A stretch of DNA of 64,000 bases, from NCBI GenBank assembly GCA_015680685.1, contig MNCI01001743.1:154472-218471 (forward strand), in the 5' to 3' direction. The number at the start of each line of letters is the position of its first letter. The stretch's first letter is position 1. Below the pieces are notes generated by a model. That model was not told the DNA's origin. It searched no databases and saw nothing but the letters and a program-made list of their open reading frames with translations. Shown one piece after another: positions 36,421 to 51,300 of this stretch. A program made the position numbers and the translations under genes. This DNA comes from Gnetum montanum. Lineage: Eukaryota > Plantae > Gnetophyta.

Positions 36421-37362
36421 GCCCTTGGCGAATAAGGTGAGCGACACTGCGATCGAATTTCCGCGGTATACGATCCGAGCAAGATGACTCTGCGATTTTA
36501 TCTATGAACCCAACAAGTCTTCTTCTGTAAGATGGTCGGTTCCTTTGGTCCACACCCTCGGATTAATCTCACCGATTACGTACGAATGTTATCGAACATC
36601 TGCTCGTGTATGTTTTGCTGCATGCAACATCGACCTTATTGAACATAGATTCACCCCATATATACATATAAGGCCTTCTTTCCACCAAATATACACACAT
36701 ATATAGATACATGGGTATGTTCGCGTTATTTATATTTAAGCTTGAAATATGTCTCCACGTTGGCATGTATGAAGCTAGTACTCGGATTCGATGTAGTTCT
36801 TGCAAGGTGGTGCAAAGCATGTAAGCTAGTCAATTGAACTACAACTTTTATTCTAGGTTTTAGGCATTTTATGCCATCTCAACAATGGGAATTTTGGTGT
36901 ATCTAACTTCAATATATATATATATATAATAAAAATTCAAAGTACAAAAGCAAAAGTACTACAAAGAGGAGAAACTCCAAATCAACAAAAAAAAGGCCCA
37001 ATGGTTTTAAGGATACTTTTTCAAATTTTCATCCTTACAACTAATCTTGAAAAACCTCCCCAATAGAGTAGGAAATCAAACAATGGAATTTTTTGATTAT
37101 ATGCATTTCTAATCACACACATATAAAGGTATCTTAAGTGTGATTTTGGGTATTTACATGCAACATCAACCTTACTTATTGAGCTTAAATTCATAATCAC
37201 TTTAGCTTTTAGGCCTTTTTTTTTACTTGATTCAATCCAATACCTCTAGGGCACAAAGCATGTAAGCCAATCTATTAAACTACAACTTTTGCTTTAGATT
37301 TTAGGCATTTTATGTTCTGTGAACAATGAGAACTTTTGATTATATGCATTTCTAAACATATA

Positions 37363-39301
37363 TATTGAGGACTGAGAATGTAGATCAAGGATTGAATAAG
37401 TTCCCCAATTCGAACAACCAAGACAGCCAAAACTACACATAGATTTACGTAGTTTCCCAACTTAGGTATGTCCACCCTCAGAGGGTAGAATCTTTGCACA
37501 TCTTCGAACTTTGTTCCTTCATGATGAGTGGCGAGGTACCCCTACACTCAACCATACGAATACGAATGTCTCACGTGCGATCCGGTCAAACTCCAAGGAC
37601 TAAGTGCTTACGTCCCTTATGGAACACTTAAGGTTAATCAATCATTGTCTTCCCAGACTTACTTGTATTGTCGCGGTTGTATGGTTAAGTAAGTCTGAGG
37701 TATATGATTTTTATAACTTTTATCTTTTTATCCTATGCTAAGAGAGGAAAGGGTGAAGAGACTACATAACTAACTTTCACTAACTAAGCTTTGATCGTCT
37801 TAGCATCAATATCCATTCCCACTTGCCGTACACACCATGAACCAGTGCAACGCTATTGGGATTACCAAATGCTATTCGTTACAGGGTTACCAAGCGTCTC
37901 ACACGTGCTCGAAGCGGTCGTATTGAATGCGCTTAACTAGGAGTTGAGGGCTAAGAGAGATTAATTATCTAAGAAATCATTTAAGCATTTTACATTAATT
38001 AAATCCTAATTAGCTTAGTCCATGCACTGGAAGGTTTATTAGAAAGTTCGTCTTTATTTCCGTACACAAATGTGTGCTCAGGTATAATTTGCTCGAATAA
38101 AGATCCATTCACTTTGAGACTCTTACTGCGGGCACATGGAAATTATTCTATCTCTGGAATGGTAAAACTGCCAGAGTTTAGCTAAGGGTCTAGATCTAGA
38201 TGATCTTACAAGGGAAAGCCGCCTCTTATTTATAGACAAGGAGACAGGCTATGATATCGTGACACGATATCGCAGGGGCTGACGCGATATCGAGACCCAT
38301 GCAACATTGCATCCCATCACTTCAAAAATGTGGTTTAGAGGGCACCACAACCTTTACAAAGTTTGAGCTCCACACATAGTGTTTTCTTGCAGGAAACATA
38401 CTCAACCTTGCAAGGTTCCAACAAGCTCAAAATGTGGTTTCAAGGATCCAACAACCTTTATAGTGATATGAGCTATACACGAAGTGCTTTCTTGTTGGAA
38501 ACATACTCAACCACGCAAAGTCCCAACAAGTTCACAAGATGCCTTCTCACAAGAAGCACATCAACCCCATATAGCTACAAAGAGAGAGAAAGAATCAAGG
38601 AGATAGTGTAACTATAATTTACAAATTCCTTGCAATTAAGCTCACACAAAACAATTCACAAATGATTAAGGATTAAGGAACACAACAAATTTACTTGATG
38701 CAGACAATGAATATTCCAATGAATAGTGCTTTTTCTTTTCACAAGGATCCTAATCAATTTTATAACCTTTTACTTTCTAAATATTCCTCGAAATTCATGC
38801 AATGGCTAGGAAACAACTAGTTGGGTTGTCTCATTGAAAACAAGCCACTTGCAAGTGGGAAATTCCACTGAAAATTAGGACGCTTCACTTAGGACATCCT
38901 ATTTGAGACATCTTAGTAGTAATTGGGATGTCTAGTGTTTTTTTGGGATGTTTGGCCTAAAATTAATCCTTCATCCCTAGGACATTTGGTAATCTTTTGG
39001 GACGTCTAGGCAAATACCAAAGCATCTTTGTTTGGCTTATAAGCTTCATGCATCCTTGACATCTTGTAGTCTTCGTTTTCCTATTGAGACTTCTTATCAT
39101 CTCAAATTGGAAACTTAACTCTCATCTTGGTCTCAACTTGCTATTTGTCCCAATCTCTTATCTTATTACCATTTAAGCTCTTGACTTGATCTTATGTTCT
39201 TGTCATCATCGTGATTTTGTCTTTTCCAAGTCCTACAAGATCACAAGCACATTTTCCACAATCTCTATTTTCTAAGGTTTTGACATACTAAAAGGTCAAC
39301 A
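37363..39301 (-). mobile_element. Probable Copia-like solo LTR in a TA tract, carrying a nested Gypsy solo LTR
   Basis: T(A)TTGA...TCAACA termini; GATTTACGTAGTTTCCC..TATGTCCAC motif typical of reversed Copia LTRs; interrupts the second unit of a local duplication (36810-37250). TSD ambiguous. Confidence 0.45.
37522..38319 (-). mobile_element. Solo LTR of the nested (non-autonomous) Athila-like family
   Basis: TG...CA termini; perfect 5-bp TSD CTTCA (37517-37521 / 38320-38324); highly similar to 51181-51979. Confidence 0.93.
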
Positions 39302-39461
39302 TATATATAGTTAATATGATATTGTATTTTTGAGCTTATAGAAAATATAAAGGTATCTTAAGTGTCATTTCAAGTATTTAATTTGCATTTTATTGGTCAT
39401 CATATTGGTACATTTTTTCATTATAGGCTTACACTTATATTTTTATTAAAACAATAAGGTA

Positions 39462-39530
39462 TTAGCCTAGTGGTAAGACTCTTGATTTGAAAGCCCCAAG
39501 TCATGGATTTCATTTTGGTAGGCAATGCTA
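39462..39530 (+). mobile_element. Possible decayed tRNA-derived SINE head
   Basis: A-box-like TAGCCTAGTGGTAAG; B-box very degenerate. Confidence 0.25.
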
Positions 39531-39849
39531 AGTTATAAAGTTATAATTGAACTATATATCTTGGGGTGTATCTATATTACAATTATTTTGGGGTTCTAGC
39601 ATCTTTCCCGATCCCCCATGCACCCATCCCCNNNNNNNNNNNNNNNNNNNNNNNNNNNNNNNNNNNNNNNNNNNNNNNNNNNNNNNNNNNNNNNNCCACC
39701 CCCAACCCCCCCCCCCCCCCCCCCCTTCCCAAGGGAACCCTACCCCTTCCTTATATTTGTGTGGAAGATCTCCTAAAGTGCTTCATAAAAATATTAACTA
39801 AACAATCATGAACCTTTGTTGATGGTAGCATATAGCCTTTTGTATGCCA

Positions 39850-41340
39850 AGTGTTTGTAATTTGTCACTCTTTAGGATTCTTGAAGTGGTATCTTTATTC
39901 AAGCTTTGAAGCAGAATGTGGATGTTTCTATAGGAGGTTCATGCCCTATAGCGATCACAACAAATTGAAGTTATCCATGTTTATAACATAAATAAAATAT
40001 AAAAAACATAATACACAAGAACAAAAATTGCAAAGTAACCAAAACTTACCAGAAAGATCATGAGATATGTCCATCGAAGGGTTTCCTTTTGAAGGTAAAT
40101 AATCTAAATTGGAATCTAAAATATCTTCTACTTCCTCAGCCATCCTTTTCTATTATTCTTTACACCATTGCTCTTTCTCCATAGTAACCTTGCCTACCAA
40201 CTCTTGCTTTTTCACTATAACAAACCAAAGCTAAAAAATAAAATAAAATTAGTAAGCATTTTTATCAACCAAATATAACCAAAAATCAATGTTAAAACCT
40301 AAAATTTTTAAAAAATATATACATACCTTCAACAACTTGATGAGCCTGGTTGAGCCTAATCGTCAATTTACTAGGTGTTTGTTGGTTAGGAGCCATGACA
40401 TTTTCTTCAACTCTTGGCCTTTTTATCCTTTCCTTAATAGCACCATCTACTTCTACACATGACCTTTTGGTCTTTTTTGCCTTTCCATGCGTAGCATGGA
40501 GCTCAATCCCCATGTTGTTAGGGGAATAACCACATAGACTACTAACATTCTTAGTGGTAATAAACAACAATTCATCTACATCCTCCATGGGTGGGCCTTG
40601 GGCATGCATTACGTGAGCAATATGCTTAGCCCAAGGCTTTAAAAGCTAGAAAAAATCATGTGCAACCCATTTTCCATCTTTCTTGATCACCAAAAACTCT
40701 ACAAACCTTCTAAGATATGCACTAAAAAGTGTAACATGCACATGATAACTTGAATTGAGTTTGTTATGGAATTTTTGTATTTCACCCCTTAAACTAGTAC
40801 TCAATAAAGTGGTCCAATCAAACCCAGTGCCATCAATCAACATCTTTCTCATACCCCCAAGCTTGTTATTCTCCTATGATATTCTTTTAGAATAATAGCA
40901 TGGGAAAAAATCTAGAGCATAACAAAGAATATAACTCATTCACCTCTTCAATATCACAATTATCAAAGGATAATGTTGTACTAGGAGGCGATTTGAGCCA
41001 AGCCTCCATATCCTCTCTACAATTGGCATCTTTCCCTACTTTAATGGCCACCTTAACACCATCAGCAAGTACATAGAAGAGATTGTTAAACATGTCCTTA
41101 TCAATACTCAAAACTACATAAAAACCATGAACATGAGTATAAAATTTTGTGACTCCCTTATCAAAAGAGTTAATGACATTCAACATCTTGGCCTATGACA
41201 TAGATGAACTAGGAAATAGAAACAAATCAGATAAGTTTGTGTTCATTATTATTTACTGGATATTTGTGGAGGCTTTATTTAACAGCCATTCTTGTGCTCC
41301 ATCCACTTCACCCCACTTGAGGAGAATATTGTGATTGTAG
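39850..41340 (-). pseudogene. Degenerate, apparently spliced TE-associated gene of unknown family
   Basis: Consecutive ORF pieces 41186-40887, 40852-40646, 40609-40292, 40143-39955 with GT donors at ~40326 and ~40048; several stops. Confidence 0.4.
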
Positions 41341-41397
41341 ACTTGTGCATGGAATTTGTAACATATGACGTAGTTAGCCTATTAACCTATTAAATGG

Positions 41398-42317
41398 TGA
41401 TGAGTCATGTTAAGTTGGCTATGTAGACAAGGCCTTGTTGACTGGGCTGCATTGATGAGGCTTAGTCGATGCATCTTACCATGCGTCAATGAGGCCCTGT
41501 CAACACATTGTCAATTTTCTTGATTTTCAACTACAAATATGCGCTTGTAGCACATTTATGGCATAGTAGATTATACTTACAGTGGATCTCTTGCATTTTT
41601 TCCATTTGAAAGTTAGAATTTTTCCTCTGAATGCCCACAGCAAGAGTCATTTGAGTGTACAGATCTTTATTTGAGCATTGTCGTAGTTAAGCACGATAGT
41701 GTGTGCGACAATAAAGATGAGCTTTTTGATAAACCTTGCAGCACTTTGGATAGATTAGCTATTTTATTTATGCATTTACTATTTCCAATTGTTTATTCAA
41801 TGATTTCAATTAGTTATTAAATATTTTGCAGTTATTACATTAATGAGGCAATTAAGCGAGGTAGATTACACACATAAGTACAACCACTTCGAGCGTAGCA
41901 CATATTCGCTTGGTAATCTCAATAGCATTATCGCTTAGTATGCCCAGTAGCATAGCGCTTGGTCACCCAACAGTAGATATGTGGGTTCATAATGTGTATG
42001 GAAAGTGGGAACGGATACTTCTGTTAGGATTAGTTAAATGATTAGTTAATTAGTTAATCAAATTCCTTTTTATCTACATTTCAAGCACCCAACTATAAAA
42101 CATAAAAATGATAAAAATCAAATGCCTTAGTCACACTTAACCACACCAACGAACGTCACAAGTGTAATTGGGAAGACAACAATTAATCTTAAGGCTAGAT
42201 TCACTTCCTAAAGGGCTAGTGCATTGGAAATGACAAAGTTTGTAGAATTCAATTGGATTGCACATGAATGCTTTATGATTCGTATGGTTGGGCATAGGGG
42301 TACCTTGTTGCTCATCA
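41398..42317 (+). repeat. 5' LTR
   Basis: TG..CA termini, followed by the PBS; pairs with 60445-61361. Confidence 0.95.
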
Positions 42318-42472
42318 TTGGCACCATTGTTGGGAACTTTGTTTGTGGAACATGCGCTATTTAGGTCTAAGTGAATATCATGAATATTGTTGTATGAACC
42401 TCAAGGTCAATATCATTCCCACTATACATAGAACTATAAAAGCACACTAACAATTTTTTTTTGTTTTGCAAA

Positions 42473-45310
42473 ATGTTTTCTTCTTTTCACAAGCCTGAAG
42501 ATACCAAACCACTGGTCCCATAAGAATGCAAAGTGGTCTACACTCATCCAGATGAGTTTGTGCCAATTTTCACCTTCATCCTACATAAAGATGAATAGAT
42601 GTGATGGCATGATATGGAGGGTAACGTTGTCTTGCCCCCCGATAGATCTATGCCCAAGATGCTATTCAAAACCCTTAAGAAGTTGGGCATAGCAGATATT
42701 CACGAAGAATATGTTGTGAATGGATACGACACTTGAAACTATTATCCCATTGAAACACAACGTAAACGAGATCAATGTTAGAAAAAACTCCATGAAGCTA
42801 CAAAGGGGACACATTACACTAACCCCTTGTTCCTACTAGATCAAAAGGACAATGAGGATCCTCCCTTGGAAGGTTCTCAACATAAAGATTTTCCACCCCT
42901 TGTTACTAATGGCAAGGATTTGAACCTAACCTTGCGATCAACTATTCATAAATTGGATTTAAGAAAAAATGATAGCCAAGGTAGGGACCCAAGTAAACAT
43001 CACAACAACAAGGGATCTAAGGATGGTTATTATAACAAGCATAAAGTGGTGGTGGACACCATGGTGGTAGTCGCGGTCCACCTTTCTCTTCATCCTCTTC
43101 ATCCAATTCCAAACATTCCTCTTCATCTGACGGTTCTCATGGAAGTCATAGTTGAAACAACCATGATGAAGATGATCATCGAGATAACAATGACCATGAA
43201 GGCTAACAAAATTGAAGGGGTGGCTAAAACCATCATCAGCATCATTGACATAGCAATGATGATGAACTACTGTTGGCGACTTGAAGTATGCTCAACATTG
43301 CAAAGGTAGTGAAAATCGCAACTAGGCACATGAAGGATCATTGGATTAAGCACCTGGACATGAACAATATCCCAAGATTTGAGGGGGGATGCAATTTTGA
43401 TTTGTAGACACATCTACAAGCTTTTCAAGATGCCTGTGCCTTATAGAACATAAAGAATGAGTGGCAAAAACTCAAAATTTTTCCAAGGACACTCATTAAG
43501 AAAGCTGAAAGCTGGTACTGGTCCTTAGAGTCAGAATCTATCCACAAATGGAGTACCATGTTAGAACTATTCAATGACAAATATCAAATGTACTCCAAAG
43601 TGTCTAATCTAAGAAGGCAAATCCAAGGCTAGAAATAAGGAGCACATGAACCCTTGGATGCCACCATGGATCAATACTATTCACTCCTATGTCAATGCCT
43701 TAGCCATGATTATTCTCAAAGGGAACAACTTCGCCACATCATAGATGGGCTCAGAGCCAAAATAAGAAGAACCCTTGGGATGTATGCCCAAGGAAGGTTG
43801 TCTAAAATGAGAGCTCATCAAATCCAAAGGTTAATTAAGTAGTTAGCAAAAGAAGAAGGTGAGCTATGAAAGAGAGAAAGTGCTGAAGAGTATAACAGAT
43901 ACCCTTCCATTAGAAAATGAGAGGTCAAATTTTATGATAAGGAGGAGTCACCACTTGATGAAGTGGTGAACCGAAAGGCCTTGCCCATTGAAAAATCTAT
44001 CTCTAATATTTCGGCCAAGATTGATAAGTTATGGGACTCTTTGGATGAAAAATTTCAGACCACTTTGAAGATTGCTGAAGAATCCAAAGAGCAAAATAGT
44101 GATTGTAATCACAAGAGGCAAAAAGAAGCTGAACGTGCTTGCCAAAGAGGTAAGGGCAAATTTGCTATAGTAGAGGAAGTTGTGGAGTCTGACTCTAATG
44201 ATGAAACTAAATGTGACATATGCCAATACGAACATCTAAAGGGATGTTGCCCTATGGTGTCACACTTACAAGAGTTTGGAGTGTATGCATTAACTCCTTG
44301 CCTAGCATGTAGGCAAGCTCCAAGATGATTGCCTTACCCTCAAGGCACCAAGGCAATTCCACCAACAGCAACAAGCTTACTACCTAAGTGAAACGCCTCC
44401 ACAACCTTATGAACAATACCAGCAATGGTACCAACCACAATCATGGGGAATGCCATTGCCAAGGCAATAGTACCCTTATAGGCAACTAGATCCATATGGG
44501 TACTATGTTCAGTAGCCCGTCTTCCCTAGGAGTTCTAGAACCCATATTCATATTCATATCATCCTCCACATCCCTCTACATCTACACCTCCACCTTTAAC
44601 CCAATTACCTTTTTCTCCGTCTATGTACAGTGAGATTCCTCCACAACCGTAATAACAAAATGGTACAAGGGTTATACAACCACAACTAATTTTTGGTCTA
44701 GATAATTGATCAAGAAAATGACATTTCTTCTAGTCCATCAGTCCTCTCCAGCCCTCACAACCTACTTTAGCTAATCGTCTTGCATCTCTATCACCCTCAT
44801 CCTCTACATCAAATACCTTCGAGTGCCCTTCAAACCAAGAGCCACCTAGGATCCACACTGTAATGCTAACTCATGCTGTTTCTAACTAGATCAAGGTTGG
44901 CAATCTTTCTACAAAAAGATTTGATCTAGGAAGTCCACTCATCTCTCTACAGATTTTTGGACAAGAGCTATGCAAAGCTCTTCTTGACTTTGGTTCTGGA
45001 GTTAACCTCATCTCCCATGATATGTATAAGGCCTGGAACCTACCACCTCTTTAGAAGAACAACATTTGTCTAGAATTAGTAGATAAGTCAATTACTATCC
45101 CTTTGGAATTAGTAGAGGAAATTGTGACCGCAGTTTGTGGATGGTCCTATCCTACTGATTTTCTAGTAATTAAGGTGGACAATTGTAATAATGACTTCCC
45201 TATCATTATGGGAAGAGCTTGGTTAAGCACGGTTGATGTGCGAATGGGTATAAGAGACCTATCTCTCAAAATATCTAAAGAAAATGAGCCAAGCAAAATT
45301 GAGAAGAAGC
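42473..45310 (+). pseudogene. gag plus aspartic protease of the host Gypsy
   Basis: HLQAFQDAC..KLKIFPRTL..AESWYWSL (retrotransposon gag); CDICQYEHLKGCC knuckle; ALLDFGSGVNLI..DFLVI..PIIMGRAWL (protease). Confidence 0.85.
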
Positions 45311-48300
45311 TGATGAGTGGCAAGGTACCCCTACACTCAACCATACAAATACGAGCATCTCACACACGATCTGGGTGAACTCCAAGGACTAAGTGCTTAT
45401 GCGCCTTATGAAACACTTAAGGTTAATCAATCGTTGTCTTCCCAGACTTACTTGTATTTTCACAGTTGTATGGTTAAGTAAGTCCGAGGTATATGATTTT
45501 TATAACTTTTATCTTTTTATTGCCTATGCTAAGAGAGGAAAGGGTGAAGAGACTAAGTGACTAACTTTCACTAACTAAGCTTTAATTGTCCTAGCATCAG
45601 TATCTGTTCCCACTTGCCGTACACACCCTGAACTAGTGCAACGCTACTGGGATTACCAAACGCTATTCGTTACTAGGTTACCAAGCGTAGCACACGTGCT
45701 CGAAGCGGTCGTACTGAATGCACTTAACTGGGAGTTGAGGGTTAAGAGAGATTAATTATCTAAGAAAGAATTTAAGCATTTAACATTAATTAAATCCTAA
45801 TTAGCCTAGTCCATGCACTGGAAGGTTTATTAGAAAGTTTGTCTTTATTTCTGTACACAAATGTGTGCTCAAGTACAATTTTCTCAAATAAAGATCCATT
45901 CACTTTGAGACTCCTATTGTGGGCACATGGAAATTATTCTATCTTTGGAATGGTAAAATTGCCAAATTTTAGCTAAGGGTCTAGATCTAGATGATCTTAC
46001 AAGGGAAANGTGAATGGATCATCATTACAATACATGGAAAAATTTAGTGTTCATGACAACAAGAGTGAACACTATACACATTTGACATCCAGCCTTATTT
46101 GGCAGCTGAGAGAGAAAAGAGAAGAGAGAGAAGAGAAAAGAGAGAAAAGAAGAAGTATGCTACTGCCAACACCAAGATTGCGCCTTTCGTTATTTTTCCA
46201 TAAGTGCGCCATCAATCTCGTTCCTTGCGAAACTACTTCAGCACCAATCCATTCCAAGTGTTTCCTTCAGATCCAATCCATTGTTGTATGATTGCCATTT
46301 GCACACACAACACAGTCTGATATTAGCAAGGATAAATGAATCATAATGCAATTGATACCTTGCTTCGGTGTAAGGTCCATTGGCTAAGTTGTGATATGGC
46401 TGATACAGATCTAGAGATATAATACTAGTGACTACCCGAGGTGTAGGGGTTAAGAGAAAAATCGAAAAAATTGGACCAGGACCCCCATGACTGAGAGTGA
46501 ACCTCCGGTATCGATAGAATGGAAAAGGAGAAGGAATAAGAAAGATGAAGAAAAAGAAACAACAACAACACCGATAAAATGGATGCCAAAGATGGAAATG
46601 AACAAAAATAAATGGTGATTGCGAACATGTTTAAGGGAAAGAAATTAATGGATGCACCAAATAGGAATCCCAGTGGGTTCTCCCCAAAGTAGACTCATGC
46701 CCTTAATGCCCTGACAATCCCACATTCAAAGAGTCCGTAGGCTCTAGGAATGTCATTCGGAGACAAGAGTTAAAGTCTTAACCACAAAAATTTACCAAAA
46801 AGAAAACAATACATCCACCAAAATATGGACTACTAATACAACTGACAATGAGGTGATAAATGGGGAAAGAAGGATGGAAAGAATAGAATGGAATGGAATC
46901 TCAAGAACAAGGTGTATTAATGGTTAATGTGACTTAGTAGATACCATTCCAAATCTATCCTTAAACAAACCACATTTAGTGACTCCACATTAATACATTC
47001 AACCCATCCATCCACTTGAAGTAACAAGAATGCTTTCACCAAAGAACCACCACCATTCTGACAAAACGAAAGAGGAGAAGGTAGGAAGCGAGAAGGGCCT
47101 TAGTTAGAGGGAACATGTTTATTTTAGTTCCATAACCAGTGTTTGTAGCTAACATGATTATTTTGTCTAAGGGGTGTGCTTTGAATTCTCACTTTTTTTT
47201 TTGCGTCAGAATCACACCATGCAAAGACTTATTATTTTTATTTTCTCAGCTTCCCAATAATGTGGCAACGTTGGAATGGTAAGAAAACTCAAGAAGAAAA
47301 CATCCAAGCACCCAAGAGAATGGCTAGCACAAGTGCATCAAATCCCCTTGAAGCCACACCCTTTTCAATCCCTAAGTCCTTCCTTAGTTTGAGAAATGCC
47401 CAGTCACCGGTTCGTTCATAGTTCTTATTATTGAGAAAGGGACTGTATAGTTCCAAGCCAAGAGAGATCATAGAATTTTATGGATGTATGGATGAAGTGA
47501 ACTCATTGCCTACTATATCAAAAGAACCATACCTTAGTATCAACATCATAACTTAAAGGTATAAACCAAACATTAGCAATCAATGGAGTACAGTTCATAC
47601 CATCATCAGAGCACTTATTAGGTGACGAATCAAACAAAATAATCAAACACACAAAGAAATGAAAAAGTATAAATGATGTTGTAAAACAAAAACAAGAAAA
47701 GTTAAAGAAATCTGTAAAACAAAAATGTGTAAAACAAAAACTTAAAAAGAAACTGAGGGCCTCAAATGATTAGCATAGGTGGCCATCTCCCCCATGACTA
47801 AATTGGAAGGGAGAGATCTGAAATAGTGAGTGAGATCGTCCTCTCTCAAATGTGCTATGTGCATAGGCCGTTCTAGGTTCATGATAAGGGTTGGTCAGTT
47901 GCACATAGACTAGTATTCTCCTATCGGAGTACTCATTTGGATTTTCTAAGAGTTTCCAGCTTCCCTCAATTGGTGGTTTCAGATTAAGGGTTGGAAGTTG
48001 GCGACACTCTTGCTCCAATGCATCTATGCTTTCTTTGTGGGCGCAAGTTGGTCCCCCAGTTAGTTCCATGCATATTGGTGGGTTGCTCTCTTGATTAGTT
48101 ATCAACCACTGGGTGTTCTCTTGTTGTGTGGTTGCTACATATAGGCACTTTTGTATGTTAACTTCTTGGGCACACCGGTTGCATGCAGGACATGTTGAAC
48201 ACTCCTATACGCTATCACCCTCTGTATCACTATATGTGATGCATGGAACCTTCTGCTTCTCAATCTTTCCATAAGTATTTTCCTTAGATATTTTTAGGGA

Positions 48301-51300
48301 AAGATCACAGATTCCTAGGCATGCGTTTATGGTACTTAGCCATGCCCTTCCCATTATTATTGGGAAGTCCCCCTTGTCATTGTTGACTTATATCACTAGG
48401 AAATTAGCTGGGTATGACCAACCACACACAGTGATAACGATGTCCTCCACCAATCCCAAGGGAATAGTGATGGACTGGTCAGCCAGCTCTAAGCAAATGT
48501 TACTCTTCTTTAGTGGAGGCAGGTTCCAAGCTTTATACATTTCTTGCGATATCAAGTTGGCTTTGGAACTTAAGTCAAGGAGAGCTTTACGTGGTTCATT
48601 CCTAGCGACTTGGAGGTAGATTAGGGGACTTCCAGGATCAGAGAATTTCTTGGGAAGGTGGCCCACCTTGATCCAGTCAGTGACGATATGTGTTAACATA
48701 ACCGTATGTGTTGAGCTCTGTTGTTGATTTGAAGGGAGCTCTGAAGTCTTATTTGATGGAGGAACATTCGAAGGCTTAACGCTTGTGGTTGTGAGAGCTT
48801 GTTTGGATTGTTGGTTCTGAAGAAAGGTCTTCTTCTTGTTCGGTTGTCAAAACCAGCAACATGTTGAAGGTTTACAGCTCTTGTAACATTGCGTTGCTAC
48901 GGTTGAGTGCGGAGTTCCCCTTACATTGCTGGATCAGGTGGTAGTGGAGCTATTGGTGTAAGAGTCACGGGTGGATTTGGAGGATGGTATGCATGTGGTG
49001 TGTCTCTCCTAAGAGAAGGAGTTCTATAATACTCCCAAGCTTGGTAGTAATGTGGTGGTGTCACACGACCAACAGAGTCATGTGAAGAGATTGGCTACTG
49101 CACGTAATAGCCATATGGATTCGGTTGCCGGTAAGGGTATTGTTGCCTAGGCAGTGGCATCCCCCATGACTGTGGGTATTGCCACTATTGGTGTTGCTCC
49201 ATAGGTTATGGTGCAGTTCCACTTGGATAATACATTAGTGGTTGGTGGAATTACCTTGGGTTACCTTGAGGATAAGATAACCGACAGGGTGCTTGCAATT
49301 TGTTAAGTCATGGGTTGAGTGCATACACCCCANTTAACAAATTGCAAGCACCCTGTCGGTTATCTTATCCTCAAGGTAACCCAAGGTAATTCCACCAACC
49401 ACTAATGTATTATCCAAGTGGAACTGCACCATAACCTATGGAGCAACACCAATAGTGGCAATACCCACAGTCATGGGGGATGCCACTGCCTAGGCAACAA
49501 TACCCTTACCGGCAACCGAATCCANTGTACTTTCTATCTTACGTAGCTCTCCTTCTTCTTTACCTACTTACTCCAACAATCTATGAATCTCATGGGACCT
49601 AAGTTCAGATAATCTCCCTTGGGCATATGTCCCAAGGGTTCTCCTAGTTTCATGTCTTAGCCCATCTACGAGATGGCGTAGTTGATCCCATTGTGCGTAA
49701 CCATGGCCTGAGCAACGATGTAGCAATGCATAATATCGACCCATGGCAGCATCCAAGGATTCGTGATTACCCTGCTTCCATCCTTGGATCTGTTTCCACA
49801 AGTTGGACACTCGGGAGTACGTTTGAAATTTATCGTTAAATAGTTCTAACATCTTACTCCACCTTCGAATGGATTCTAGTTCTAAGGACCAATACCAACT
49901 TTCTGCTTCTTTTATGAGTGTCCTTGGAAACAACTTTAACTTTTGCCACTCATTTTCAATGTTTTGCAAGGTGCAAGTATCGTGAAATGCTTGTAAGTGA
50001 TTCTGAGGATTAGTGTTGTATCACCCCTCAAATCGTGGGATATTATTCATGTCTAGTCTCCTGATCCGACTATGTTTTTGGTGCCTTGTAGGTATTCTAA
50101 CGGCCTCCGTGATGTCTAACATGCTTTGGGTTGCAAGTAAGGGTTTGTCATGGTCATTTCTTTCATGGTGTCTGTGATGTCTACGCGGTTCCCTACTTTC
50201 CCTTCTTCAATGTCGTGATTCCCTAGAATGCCCTTGCCCTCGCTCTCGACTCTCTCATCGAGGTCTCTCATTTTGCTTACCCTTGTCCTCATGGTTAGGT
50301 TCCTTATGACTACATCCCGATGTTGAAGGAGAGGGTGAATGTTGCGATGAAGGGGAAGAGGAAGGAGAACCATCACCATGACGATGTTTTCTACCTTCCT
50401 TTCGGTGATCTCGACCCCGATCGTAATAACGATCAGAATGCTCGCCCTTATCTTGTGTTTGTGTTCCTTCATTGAACATTTGGTGTTTGTGGGAATCAGA
50501 ACTAGGATTGTGTATCATGGAGCGAAGGTTCTAATACACCATCTCCTCACTATCATTAGGAGGGGGAACATCATTTTGTGGAGAACCTATTGAGATAGGT
50601 TCACCACCATTAATTTCTCTTATAATGGGCAAAGCATTATGGGGTCGTTTGCCCTTCAATGATGTGTGGTAACTCTCTTGCTGCGAGTCTCGTTGACATT
50701 ACACTTTTGTGGGATGTTAGTCCCTTATATTGTAATCACATGCAATGTACTCAACATATAATTGTGACATGCCAATTCATGCAAGGGCACGAAGGAGCAT
50801 GTTGGGGGTGACTCTGTCTGGAGGCAACACTATGTTACCCTCCAAGTCTCTCCAACGCAATTGTTCATCTTGATAGAAGACAAAGATAAAGTCAGGTATA
50901 AAATCATCATGATGAGTATATACCACACTGAATTGTTGAGGAACTAACGGATTTTGGTTATGTGTGTTGTACCGTCGACTGTCTCTAGTGTTGGTCCTAG
51001 GTAGTGAAGTGCTTTTGTGTGGAGAAGAAGACATTTTAGTCTTGTTCGGTCTGCTATTTGTTGTTATGTTATTTTTTTTCTTGATTAACCCTAAGGGTTT
51101 TTTTTAGCTCCCAATGATGTAAATGATTTCCTATGTTCTATGTAGCGCATAAACAACCAAGTCCCTAGCAACGGCGCCAATGATGAGTGGTGAGGTACCC
51201 CTACACTCAACCATACGAATACAAGCATCTCACGCATGATCCGGTCGAACTCCAAGGACTAAGTGCTTACGCGCCTTATAGAACACTTAAGGATAATCAA

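Noticed and set aside
39625-39730. Poly-C/Pro-rich ORFs
   Set aside because: They span an N gap with homopolymer edges; uninterpretable.
49116-49524. Perfect ~190-bp inverted repeat in the nested gag
   Set aside because: The second arm (49334-49524) is bounded by Ns; likely a mis-oriented contig fragment.
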